The position numbers were made by a program, and so were the translations under genes. Source: Longimicrobiales bacterium (lineage in GTDB: Bacteria; Gemmatimonadota; Gemmatimonadetes; Longimicrobiales; RSA9). Taken from it: a DNA stretch of 33,745 bases. The stretch lies in contig JBFJPA010000001.1 in assembly GCA_041617355.1 (NCBI GenBank), forward strand, positions 1 to 33,745. Direction: 5' to 3'. Below are positions 1-8,717 of the stretch, one piece after another. Below the pieces are notes generated by a model that was not told the DNA's origin, searched no databases, and saw only the letters and a program-made list of their open reading frames with translations. How positions within the stretch are numbered: position 1 is the first letter of the stretch; each line of letters starts with the position of its first letter.

Positions 1-822
1 CGCGAGGGTCGGGCGCTGCCGTACCTCTTTGCCGAAGTCATCGACCATGGCGGCGAGGCCGTGCGCGCCCGGGACTATTACGGACTGGGCTACGGCACCG
101 GTGGCGGCGCGGACATCACGGAGTTCAAGTTCCGCGGCGTGGGCGAGTCGTTCACGGGCCGGAACGCGAAGAGGCTGTCCGACCTGGCGCGATTCTCGGA
201 GTCCGACTGGGTCCTGATGCCCTCCGACAAGGCCGTCGTGTTCATCGAGAACCACGACACGCAGCGCGACGCGAGCGGCATGGGGTATCGGAACCGCGCC
301 GCCTATCGGCTCGCCCACGTCTGGATGCTGGCGCAGCCGTATGGCTATCCGCAGGTGATGTCGAGCTACGCCTTCGACCTCGGCCAGTCGGGCGGCCGCG
401 ACCGGGGACCGCCCTCCAACGCGGCGGGCGAGACGCACGATGTGAGCTGCCCCGCCACGTTCGAGGCCGCCACACTCGGCGGCTGGGTCTGCGAGCACCG
501 GGATCCGGCCATTGCCGGGATGGTCGCGTTCCGCCGCGTCGTCGCCGGCACCGCCATCGAGGGCTGGTGGGACAATGGCGGGAACGCCATCGCCTTTTCG
601 CGCGGTGACCGCGGCTTCGTCGCACTCAGCCTGGAGACGACGACGGCTGCCTTCGACGTGCCGACGACGCTTCCGGCCGGCACGTACTGCGATGTCCTGA
701 GTGGCGGCAGACAGCAGGGCACCTGCGCCGGCCGCAGCGTCGTCGTGGATGCCGGCGGCCGGGTCCGCTTCGATCTCGTGTCCGGCACGGGCATCGCGAT
801 CCATCGGGACAGCCGCATTTGA
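1..822 (+). CDS. alpha-amylase, GH13 family (5'-truncated by the window edge)
   Basis: Frame 1 is open from base 1. The translation gives ..LFAEVIDHGGEAV.. (GH13 region III-like) and VVFIENHDTQRD (region IV), followed by a C-terminal beta-domain-like tail. The listed ORF 61..822 is the GTG-initiated remainder of the same frame. Stop TGA at 820-822. Confidence 0.85.
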   Translation, partial: REGRALPYLFAEVIDHGGEAVRARDYYGLGYGTGGGADITEFKFRGVGESFTGRNAKRLSDLARFSESDWVLMPSDKAVVFIENHDTQRDASGMGYRNRAAYRLAHVWMLAQPYGYPQVMSSYAFDLGQSGGRDRGPPSNAAGETHDVSCPATFEAATLGGWVCEHRDPAIAGMVAFRRVVAGTAIEGWWDNGGNAIAFSRGDRGFVALSLETTTAAFDVPTTLPAGTYCDVLSGGRQQGTCAGRSVVVDAGGRVRFDLVSGTGIAIHRDSRI

Positions 823-878
823 CGGGACACACGCACGCGAGACGTTCGTACGAGACATCCACGCAAGGACGGATCGAG

Positions 879-2939
879 ATGCAGATGCAGAGGATTCCGG
901 GGGCCCGCAGCGTACTGGTCGCGTTCGTGCTCACGTCGGCCGTGGTCGCGTGCGCCCGCGCCCAAGGCCCGCTCCAGGTCCAGTCGCCCAACGGCCGCAA
1001 CGCCGTGACCGTCGAGGTCCGCGAGGGCGGACTCTTCTATGCGGTCACGCGCGACGGACGGAAGCTGGTCGAGCCGTCTCGACTGGGCTTCCTGTTCCGC
1101 GACGCGGCGCCGTTGCGCGACAACCTGTCGGTCACCGGGTCGCGGCCCTCGACGTTCGACGAGACGTGGGAGCAGCCGTGGGGCGAGGTGCGCCGCGTTC
1201 GCAATCACTACAACGAGCTACTCGTCTCCGTCGCCGAAACAGCCGCGCCGAACCGTCGCTTCGACGTCGTCTTCCGTGCCTTCGATGACGGCATCGGCTT
1301 CCGCTACGTGTTCCCAGCACAGCCGGCGCTGCAGTCGTTCGAGATCATGGACGAGCTGACGGAGTTCTCGTTCGCCGACAATGCGCGGGCCTGGTGGATC
1401 CCCTCGGACCGGCCCCGTCTCGATCGCTCGGAGATGCTCTACTCGTCCGGGCCGTTGAGCGTGCTGGACAGCGTGCAGACGCCGCTCACGCTGGAGACGC
1501 GGGACGGCGCCACGGTCATGGTCATCCACGAGGCGCACCTGGTCGACTATCCGCGCATGTTCCTGGCGGGCCCACGCACGGAGAGCCGCACGCTGCGCGC
1601 GGCGCTGGCGCCCATGGTCGATGGCGTCAAGGCACGCGGGCGGACGCCGTTCTCGACGCCGTGGCGAACCCTCCAGATCGCCGATCACGCGGCCGACCTG
1701 GCGCCCTCCGTCCTCGGGCTCAATCTGAATCCACCGAACGCACTGGCGAACATCGACTGGATCGAGCCGATGAAATACGTCGGCATCTGGTGGGGCATGC
1801 ACGTGAACACGATGACGTGGCACTCCGGCCCGCAGCACGGCGCGACGACGGAGAATACGAAGCGCTACATCGATTTCGCGGCGGCGAACGGCTTCCGCGG
1901 CGTGCTCGTCGAAGGCTGGAACATCGGCTGGGACGGAGACTGGATCTCGAACGGCGAGGTGTTCTCGTTCACGCAGCCGTATCCGGACTACAATCTGCGG
2001 GAGCTGGCCGACTACGCGCGCCAGAAGGGTGTCGGCATCATCGCGCACAACGAGACGTCCGGCGGCCTGGCCAACTACGAGCGGCAGATGGAAGAGGCGT
2101 TCGCGCTGTACCGCTCGCTCGGCATCAAGGCGATCAAGTCGGGTTACGTCATCGACACGATCCCGGGCGGCCACTCGCACTATTCGCAGGAAATGGTGCG
2201 ACACCACCGCAAGGTCTTCGAGACGGCGGCGCGCTACGGCATCATGATGAACGTGCACGAGCCCATTCACGACACCGGCGAGCGCCGCACCTATCCGAAC
2301 ATGATGACGCGCGAGGGCGCGCGCGGTCAGGAGTACAACGCGTGGGCGGGCGACGGCGGCAACCCGCCCGAGCACGAGACGATTCTGTTCTTCACACGCA
2401 TGCTGGCCGGGCCCATGGACTTTACGCCCGGCGTGTTCGACATCCTGATCTCTTCGACGGACGGCAATCCGCGGCCACCGGAGTGGGCACGCATCCGGAC
2501 GACGCTGGCGAAGCAGCTCGCGCTCTACGTCGTGCTCTATTCGCCGCTGCACATGGCGGCCGACCTGGTCGAGAACTACGCGAATCAGCCGGCCTTCCAG
2601 TTCATCCGCGATGTGGCCGTCGATTGGGAGCGCACCCACGTGCTGGAGGGCCGGATCGGCGACTACGTCGTCGTCGCGCGACAGCAGCGGGGCGGCCCGG
2701 ACTGGTTCATCGGCGCGATCACGGACGAGGAAGCGCGCAGCTTCGAGGTTCCGCTCTCGTTCCTGCCGCCGAATCAGCGGTACGTCGCCGAGATCTATGC
2801 GGACGGGCCGGACGCGCACTGGCTGCACAATCCGCTGCCGGTCGCGATCTCGCAGGAGCCGGTGACTGCCGGCTCGACGCTGACGGTGCGGCTGGCACCG
2901 GGCGGCGGGCAGGCCATCCGGATCCGGCCGGCCCAGTGA
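879..2939 (+). CDS. GH97 family alpha-glucosidase (SusB-like), secreted
   Basis: ORF 819..2939. It matches GH97/SusB signatures as I remember them: STFDETWEQPWGEVRRVRNHYNEL, DDGIGFRYVFP, KYVGIWWGMH, KRYIDFAAANGFRGVLVEGWN, IKSGYV, NVHEP, TREGARGQEYNAW, LALYVVLYSPLHMAAD. The preferred start is ATG 879 (MQMQRIPGARSVLVAFVLTSAVVACA, signal-like), preceded by AAGGA at 865-869. The TTG at 819 overlaps the upstream stop. Confidence 0.85.
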   Translation: MQMQRIPGARSVLVAFVLTSAVVACARAQGPLQVQSPNGRNAVTVEVREGGLFYAVTRDGRKLVEPSRLGFLFRDAAPLRDNLSVTGSRPSTFDETWEQPWGEVRRVRNHYNELLVSVAETAAPNRRFDVVFRAFDDGIGFRYVFPAQPALQSFEIMDELTEFSFADNARAWWIPSDRPRLDRSEMLYSSGPLSVLDSVQTPLTLETRDGATVMVIHEAHLVDYPRMFLAGPRTESRTLRAALAPMVDGVKARGRTPFSTPWRTLQIADHAADLAPSVLGLNLNPPNALANIDWIEPMKYVGIWWGMHVNTMTWHSGPQHGATTENTKRYIDFAAANGFRGVLVEGWNIGWDGDWISNGEVFSFTQPYPDYNLRELADYARQKGVGIIAHNETSGGLANYERQMEEAFALYRSLGIKAIKSGYVIDTIPGGHSHYSQEMVRHHRKVFETAARYGIMMNVHEPIHDTGERRTYPNMMTREGARGQEYNAWAGDGGNPPEHETILFFTRMLAGPMDFTPGVFDILISSTDGNPRPPEWARIRTTLAKQLALYVVLYSPLHMAADLVENYANQPAFQFIRDVAVDWERTHVLEGRIGDYVVVARQQRGGPDWFIGAITDEEARSFEVPLSFLPPNQRYVAEIYADGPDAHWLHNPLPVAISQEPVTAGSTLTVRLAPGGGQAIRIRPAQ

Positions 2940-2973
2940 TCGTTCCACCTTTGCACTTCTGCGGAGACGCCCC

Positions 2974-4593
2974 ATGAGCCTGCTGGCGGGACTGGATTGG
3001 GCCGTTGTCGTGGGCTACTTCCTGCTCGTGTTCGGCGTCGCCATCTGGGCGACGCTGCGGGAGCGGTCGAAACGCGGCACGTCGACGGATTATTTCCTGG
3101 CCGGCCGGGATGCCGGCTGGTTCGTCGTGGGTGGCTCCCTCTTCGCCTCGAACATCGGGTCCGAACACCTGGTCGGACTGGCGGGCACGGGCGCCGCGAG
3201 CGGCGTCGCGGTCGCCCAATTCGAGATCCTCGCGTCGCTGATCCTGCTGGTGCTGGGCTGGGTCTTCGTGCCGTTCTACCTGTCCAGCGGCGTGTTCACG
3301 ATGCCGGAGTTCCTGGAGCGTCGCTACTCGGCGGGCGCACGCTGGTACCTGGCCGTGATCTCGATCATCGGCTACGTGTTGACGAAGATCTCCGTGACGA
3401 TCGCCGCCGGCGGCATCGTCTTCGAGTCGCTCATGGGCATCGACTTCTGGACGGGTGCGCTCGTCGTGGTCGTGATCACCGGCATTTACACGATCATCGG
3501 CGGCTTGCGCGCCGTGCTCTATACGGACCTGCTGCAGATGTTCGTGCTGATCGGCGGCGCGGTCGCCGTCACCCTGCTCGGCCTGAACGCGCTGGGCGGC
3601 TGGGGCGCGATGGAGCAGAACGTCGGCCCGGCCTTCCTGAGCTTATGGAAGCCGATGACCGATCCGGATTTCCCGTGGACGGGCATTCTCTTCGGCGCGC
3701 CGATCCTGGGGGTCTGGTACTGGTGCACGGACCAGTTCATCGTGCAGCGCGTGCTCGCAGCGCACGACCAGAAGCACGCCCGCAAGGGCACGATCTTCGC
3801 CGGTTATCTGAAGCTGCTGCCGCTGTTCATCTTCGTGATTCCGGGCGTCATCGCGTACGCGCTGTCGCAACAGGGCCGCCTCGAGCTGGCCACGCCGGAC
3901 CAGGCGCTGCCGACGCTGGTCGGCGTGTTGCTGCCCGTCGGGTTGAAGGGCCTGGTGGTGGCCGGCCTGCTGGCCGCCCTGATGAGCTCGCTGTCCTCGG
4001 TCTTCAACTCGACGTCCACGCTGGTCACCTGGGATGTCTACAAGAAGATCCGACCACAGGCGTCGGAGCGGCAGCTCGTCCTGGTCGGCCAGGCCACGAC
4101 TGCCATCCTCGTCGGGTTCGGCCTGCTCTGGATCCCGCTCATGCAGCTCGTCTCGGGCCAGCTGTACCAGTATCTGCAGAGCGTTCAGGCGTACATCTCG
4201 CCGCCCATCGCGGCCGTCTTCCTGGTGGGGATCACGTGGCGCCGCGTGAACGCGAACGGCGCGATCGCGGCGCTGATCAGCGGCTTCGTCCTCGGCATGG
4301 GACGCCTCGTCGCGGAGCTCAACAAGTCGCGGCTGGACGGTCTGCTGTTCGCCTACGCGGACATGAACTTCCTGCACTTCGCCATCGTGCTGTTCGTGAT
4401 CTGCACCAGCGTGCTCGTACTCGTCAGCCTGCTGACGCCGCCGCCGCCGGAGGAAAAGGTGGCCGGCCTCACCTTCGCGATGTTGCCGGCGCGGCCCGAA
4501 GGCGTTCGCGCCCCGTTCTGGCGACGCGCCGATGTGATGCTCAGCCTGTTGCTCGTCGCCTGTGTCGGCGGCCTCTGGCTCTATTTCTCCTGA
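2974..4593 (+). CDS. sodium:solute symporter family protein (SGLT-type Na+/sugar cotransporter)
   Basis: 539 aa polytopic membrane protein. SSF/SGLT signatures: DYFLAGRDAGWFVVGGSLFASNIGSEHLVGLAGTGA and MPEFLERRY. GGAGA lies upstream of ATG 2974. Confidence 0.85.
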   Translation: MSLLAGLDWAVVVGYFLLVFGVAIWATLRERSKRGTSTDYFLAGRDAGWFVVGGSLFASNIGSEHLVGLAGTGAASGVAVAQFEILASLILLVLGWVFVPFYLSSGVFTMPEFLERRYSAGARWYLAVISIIGYVLTKISVTIAAGGIVFESLMGIDFWTGALVVVVITGIYTIIGGLRAVLYTDLLQMFVLIGGAVAVTLLGLNALGGWGAMEQNVGPAFLSLWKPMTDPDFPWTGILFGAPILGVWYWCTDQFIVQRVLAAHDQKHARKGTIFAGYLKLLPLFIFVIPGVIAYALSQQGRLELATPDQALPTLVGVLLPVGLKGLVVAGLLAALMSSLSSVFNSTSTLVTWDVYKKIRPQASERQLVLVGQATTAILVGFGLLWIPLMQLVSGQLYQYLQSVQAYISPPIAAVFLVGITWRRVNANGAIAALISGFVLGMGRLVAELNKSRLDGLLFAYADMNFLHFAIVLFVICTSVLVLVSLLTPPPPEEKVAGLTFAMLPARPEGVRAPFWRRADVMLSLLLVACVGGLWLYFS

Positions 4594-4609
4594 TCGTCGA
4601 AGGAACGAC

Positions 4610-6244
4610 ATGCGGCCGATGACCCGCACGCTGGCAACGTTCGCGACCCTGGCCGTCGCGGCATCCTCGCCCGTCGCCGGCCAGGACAGACCCCCGGCCC
4701 CGTCCGATTGGCGCAGCGGCGGGACCTGCTACGAGGTCTTCGTCCGGTCCTTCTACGACAGTGACGGCGATGGCGTGGGCGACCTCGAGGGCCTCATCCA
4801 GAAGCTGGACTACATCAACGACGGGGATGCCGACTCGCTGACGGACCTCGGCGCACAGTGCATCTGGCTCATGCCCATCGCCGTCTCGACCAGCTACCAC
4901 GGCTACGACGTCATCGACTATTACCGCGTCGACCCGCGCTACGGCAGCAACGACGACTTCAAGCGGCTGGTACAGGAAGCCCACCGGCGGGGAATCCGCG
5001 TCATCGTCGACATGGTCATCAACCACGCCTCGAGCGAGCACCCGTTTTTCAAACACGCGCTGCTGCACGCCGACTCGCCGTACCGCGAATGGTTCCGCTG
5101 GTCCGATACACAGGGCCCGCGCAACGAGTGGGGTGGCTACAACTGGCACCGATCGCCCGTCCGCGACGAGTTCTACTACGGCTTCTTCTGGAGCGGCATG
5201 CCCGACCTGAACTGGGAGTCGGCGGCCGTGCGCCAGGAAATGAAGGACGTGGCCACGTTCTGGCTCGAGGAGCTGGGCGCCGACGGGTTCCGGCTGGACG
5301 CGGTCCGGCACCTGATGGAAGACGGCGAGCGCACGGCGAACGTGCCGCGCACGCACGACATGCTGCGGGAATACGCCGCCCACATCCGCGCTGTGGCCCC
5401 GGAGGCCTTCACGATCGGCGAGGTCTTCGACAGCACGGACGTCTTGCTCGCCTATTATCCGGACCAGATGGATGCTTACTTCGCGTTCCAGGTGGCCAAC
5501 GCGACGCTGGAGGCCGTGAGGTCCGGCTCGCCGGCCGGGCTCTTCGACGCCGTGCTCGACCTCCAGCGCGCCGTGCCGAACCACCGCTGGGCGCCGTTCC
5601 TGCGCAACCACGACCAGACTCGCACGCTCACGTTTCTCGAGGGCGACCTGGGCCGGGCCCGCCTGGCGGCCAGCCTGCTGCTCACGTTGCCCGGCGTGCC
5701 CTTCGTCTACTACGGCGAGGAGATCGGGATGAGCGGCGACAAGCCGGATCCCCGGCTGCGCACGCCCATGCACTGGACCCGCGCGCCGGCGGCCGGCTTC
5801 ACGACCGGCGTGCCCTGGGAGCCGCTCCAGCCGGATTCGTTGTCCGCGAATGTCGAGGTCATGAACGGGGACAACGGCTCCATCCTCAACCACTACCGTC
5901 GCCTCATCCACCTGCGCGCCCGCACGCCCGCCCTGGGCGCCGCCGCCGAGCTCGTGCCCCTCACGACCAGCGCAGCGCCGGTCGCGGCGTTCCTGCGCCG
6001 CTCGAACGAGCAGGCCGCCCTCGTCATCGCCAACCTGGGCGAGACCCCACTCCGTGGCGTTGCCGTGTCCTCCGCGGGCCCCGTGCTGCCGCAGGGCCGC
6101 TACACCCCCACGGACCCCCTCGATGGCACGCGCGTCGCACCGCTCCGCATTGCGCGCGATGGCCACATCCGTGGCTACATCCCGTTGGCTGTGTTGCCAC
6201 CCTTGCACGCCTTCGTGCTACCGCTCGGCGTGGACACGCGCTGA
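4610..6244 (+). CDS. GH13 alpha-amylase-family glycosidase (alpha-glucosidase/neopullulanase-like), secreted
   Basis: ORF 4562..6244. GH13 regions are present: GDGVGDLEGLIQKLDYI, RVIVDMVINHAS (region I), GFRLDAVRHL (II), IGEVFD (III), FLRNHDQ (IV). ATG 4610 (MRPMTRTLATFATLAVAASSPVAG, signal-like) is preceded by GAAGGAA. Confidence 0.85.
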   Translation: MRPMTRTLATFATLAVAASSPVAGQDRPPAPSDWRSGGTCYEVFVRSFYDSDGDGVGDLEGLIQKLDYINDGDADSLTDLGAQCIWLMPIAVSTSYHGYDVIDYYRVDPRYGSNDDFKRLVQEAHRRGIRVIVDMVINHASSEHPFFKHALLHADSPYREWFRWSDTQGPRNEWGGYNWHRSPVRDEFYYGFFWSGMPDLNWESAAVRQEMKDVATFWLEELGADGFRLDAVRHLMEDGERTANVPRTHDMLREYAAHIRAVAPEAFTIGEVFDSTDVLLAYYPDQMDAYFAFQVANATLEAVRSGSPAGLFDAVLDLQRAVPNHRWAPFLRNHDQTRTLTFLEGDLGRARLAASLLLTLPGVPFVYYGEEIGMSGDKPDPRLRTPMHWTRAPAAGFTTGVPWEPLQPDSLSANVEVMNGDNGSILNHYRRLIHLRARTPALGAAAELVPLTTSAAPVAAFLRRSNEQAALVIANLGETPLRGVAVSSAGPVLPQGRYTPTDPLDGTRVAPLRIARDGHIRGYIPLAVLPPLHAFVLPLGVDTR

Positions 6245-6256
6245 ACGTGAGCGCCC

Positions 6257-6278
6257 CGCTCTCCGCAAGGAGCGTTTT
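6257..6278 (+). terminator. weak hairpin plus T4 tract after the GH13 gene (possible intrinsic terminator)
   Basis: CGCTCTCC(6257-6264)-GCAA-GGAGCG(6269-6274) forms 4+2 bp with a 2-nt bulge, followed by TTTT at 6275-6278. It sits 13 nt after the TGA at 6242-6244. Confidence 0.3.
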
Positions 6279-6282
6279 GCCC

Positions 6283-6312
6283 TTGACACTCTCCTCTGGC
6301 TACGGGTATTCT
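6283..6312 (+). promoter_or_regulatory. sigma70-like promoter candidate upstream of the USP/bd-like operon
   Basis: TTGACA at 6283-6288, an 18-nt spacer, then TATTCT at 6307-6312. It lies in a 378-bp non-coding gap and would give a leader of about 300 nt before ATG 6623. Confidence 0.3.
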
Positions 6313-6622
6313 GGCGCGTGTCGCGGCCGGGGCGTCGGTACAACCCGATTCATTCGCCGGCCGCTACGCTTTCCTCGGCTCCCAGGTTACCGGTTTGTCC
6401 GCTCGTGGAGCCGGGCTCGCAGCGTCGAATCACGTGTCGGGGCCTCGTCCCCGCTGACGGATTGAAGTCTCGCAGGACCGAGGTTTCGTCCAATACGACG
6501 CAACTGATGCGATAGACCGCGAGGGTTCTCTCGCCGGCGAGGTGCTTTCTCGCGCCGGCGCGGGCACGCCGTGTGCCCGACGGGAACGCTTCGGTCTCGC
6601 GCAGAACCCGAGCCGAGATCGC

Positions 6623-8692
6623 ATGTATCGCGAAATTTACGTTCCCGTCGACAACTCCGAGTTCTCCCACATCGCGGTCGACCGCGCGATCGAGCTGTGT
6701 CGCAAGAGCGGCGGCCGTCTGACGGGCGGCCACGTGTATGCGGCGCGGCTGCACGACATCCGTTTCCGGCAGCTCGAGACCGGCCTGCCCGCCCGCTTCC
6801 AGACACCCGAAGAGATCAAGCGCCAGCGCAAGATCCACGACAAGCTGATCGAGAAAGGCCTGCAGCTCATCTCCGACTCGTTCCTCGACCAGACGGCGAA
6901 GCGGTGTGCGGCAGCCGACGTGCCGATGCGCCGGCAGTTGCTCGAGGGAATCAACTACGAGGAGATCATCAACGAGGTGAACGGCGGACAGGGCCGGCTG
7001 CCCAGCCTGATCGGCTTCGACCCGAACATCGCGGACAAGTACGACGGCGGCGAGCACGTGCGCGGGGATGTGCGCATGGGTGAGAACGGGCGGCTGATCG
7101 CGGAAGACGAGGATCTCGACGAGAAGCTGGCGGGCACGAGCGACCGCGACTACGACCTGCTCTGCATCGGTGCGCACGGCATTGGCCGGCAGCCGTATTC
7201 GCAGATGGGCGGCGTCGTCTCGCGGGTGCTGCGCGGCATCGAGAAGGATGCGCTGATCGTGCGCAACGGGGCGCCGCTGGCGGGCGGGAAGTTCATGGTC
7301 TGCATCGACGGCTCGGCGTACTCGTACAAGGCGATGCGCATCGGGCTCGAGCTGGCGCGCGAGTACGGCGCGGAGCTGTACGTCTGCTCGGCCTTCGACG
7401 TGGAGTACCACCACGTCGTGTTCGGCAACATCAAGGACGTGCTGTCGGTGCAGGCGTCGAAGGTGTTCAAGTTCGAGGAGCAGGAGGAGCTGCACAACAA
7501 CATCATCGACAAGGGCCTGCTGCGTCTGTGTCAGGCGAACATCAAGCGGGCCGAGGCGATGCGCGCGACGTATGAAGACGTCGTGATGCACACGCAGATC
7601 CTCATTGGCAAGCCCTTCCAGTGCATTCTGCAGTGGGTCGAGGAGGTGCAGCCCACGCTGCTGATCGTGGCGCGCCACGGCAGCCACCGCATCGACGACA
7701 CGGACATCGGCTCGCAGTCGGAGAACCTGTCCCGGCTGGCGGACACGAACGTGCTTCTGGTCGGCACGACGGACGTGCGGCCGGAGGAGATCCCCTGGAT
7801 CGAGGAAGACGGGCAGGCCGGCCTGGAGTGGGCGCCAGAGGCGGAAGTCCGCATCCTGCGCGTGCCACCGTTCGCACTGGGCATCGCGCGCAAGGCGGTC
7901 GAGGAATTCGTCCTCGATAACTACGGTCCCGGCGCGAACGGGACGTACGCCGGCGAAGGCAAGGGGAACGGACGGAACGGCAACGGAGTCGACGGCGACG
8001 GCGCGCCGAAGTCTCTGCCGATGGTGACGAGCGAGCTGCTGGACGAGGCGATCAAGAAGCTGCTGCCGACGCACATGCAGCTGATCATGGGCATCGGCAC
8101 CGCGGAAGAGCTGGCGCTCGCGGAAGTGAAGGCGGAGCAGGCGATGTCTCGCACGGTGGTCGAGGGCAGCGAGGCGGAGGCGGAGCCGGAGGCGGTGATC
8201 ACGGTGAAGTGTCCGTACACGGGCCACGTGCAGACGCGCGCGCGCACGGCCGCGGATCCGGTGGTCTGGACGGAGGAAGCCTTCGAGCGTTTGCGTGCGG
8301 TTCCCCTCATCGCGCGGCCGCTGGCGCGGAATACGGTGGAGCGGTTCGCCCGGGATCACGGCTTCTGGCGGATCACCACGCGCGTGATGGACGAGAACAA
8401 GCAGGCCATGATCGAGGCGGACACCTTCGACATGGACACGATGCTGGTCATGTTCCGAGAACTGCAGACGAAGCAGTTGAAGGCTGCGGCGGAAGGCGTC
8501 GATGGGCTGACGCCCGAGATGCGCCGGTTCATCGAAGAGGCGAAAGCGTCGGGAATCACGCGTTGCCCGATCCGGGACGTGGTGGAGCGTGCGGATGGCT
8601 GTCCGGTCGATCTGCAGACCGTGACGCCGCAGCAGGCGCGGTCCGCCATGGAACGGTTCATGGGTGCGGACGCCGAGGACGGTCGCGACTGA
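6623..8692 (+). CDS. tandem universal-stress-protein (USP) domain protein with two C-terminal PCP_red-like modules
   Basis: ORF 6542..8692; the first ATG with a USP-like N-terminus is 6623 (MYREIYVPVDNSEFSHIAVDRAIEL). USP-1 ends at ..YDLLCIGAHGIGRQPYSQMGGVVSRVLRGIEKDALIV. USP-2 runs KFMVCIDGSAYSYKAMRIGLELA...TLLIVARHGSHRIDDTDIGSQSENLSRLADTNVLLV. Two W-x2-E-A-x3-L-x2-VP...E-x-F modules resembling the BchB/ChlB C-terminal domain (PCP_red) lie at 7823-7926 and 8258-8400. Confidence 0.7.
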   Translation: MYREIYVPVDNSEFSHIAVDRAIELCRKSGGRLTGGHVYAARLHDIRFRQLETGLPARFQTPEEIKRQRKIHDKLIEKGLQLISDSFLDQTAKRCAAADVPMRRQLLEGINYEEIINEVNGGQGRLPSLIGFDPNIADKYDGGEHVRGDVRMGENGRLIAEDEDLDEKLAGTSDRDYDLLCIGAHGIGRQPYSQMGGVVSRVLRGIEKDALIVRNGAPLAGGKFMVCIDGSAYSYKAMRIGLELAREYGAELYVCSAFDVEYHHVVFGNIKDVLSVQASKVFKFEEQEELHNNIIDKGLLRLCQANIKRAEAMRATYEDVVMHTQILIGKPFQCILQWVEEVQPTLLIVARHGSHRIDDTDIGSQSENLSRLADTNVLLVGTTDVRPEEIPWIEEDGQAGLEWAPEAEVRILRVPPFALGIARKAVEEFVLDNYGPGANGTYAGEGKGNGRNGNGVDGDGAPKSLPMVTSELLDEAIKKLLPTHMQLIMGIGTAEELALAEVKAEQAMSRTVVEGSEAEAEPEAVITVKCPYTGHVQTRARTAADPVVWTEEAFERLRAVPLIARPLARNTVERFARDHGFWRITTRVMDENKQAMIEADTFDMDTMLVMFRELQTKQLKAAAEGVDGLTPEMRRFIEEAKASGITRCPIRDVVERADGCPVDLQTVTPQQARSAMERFMGADAEDGRD

Positions 8693-8717
8693 TCTTGGCA
8701 CGTCGGGGAGGATCCGC

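Noticed and set aside
1218-2977. 585-aa minus-strand ORF (1218..2975) and 527-aa plus-strand alternative-frame ORF (1394..2977) overlapping the GH97 gene
   Set aside because: Both are Arg/Ala/Gly/Pro-rich with no motifs, whereas the 819..2939 frame matches GH97 along its whole length.
2997-6465. Long alternative-frame or antisense ORFs over the symporter and GH13 genes (2997..4622 +, 3643..4629 -, 4541..6208 -, 4858..6465 +)
   Set aside because: Their composition is Arg/Pro/Gly/Ala-rich, which is typical of off-frame translation of GC-rich genes. The chosen frames carry SSF and GH13 signatures.
6245-6622. Considered a structured RNA gene (tmRNA, RNase P RNA, SRP RNA, cobalamin or other riboswitch) in the long intergenic region
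   Set aside because: I could not find any of the conserved core motifs of these RNAs by eye. It is kept only as a low-confidence leader or regulatory-region finding.
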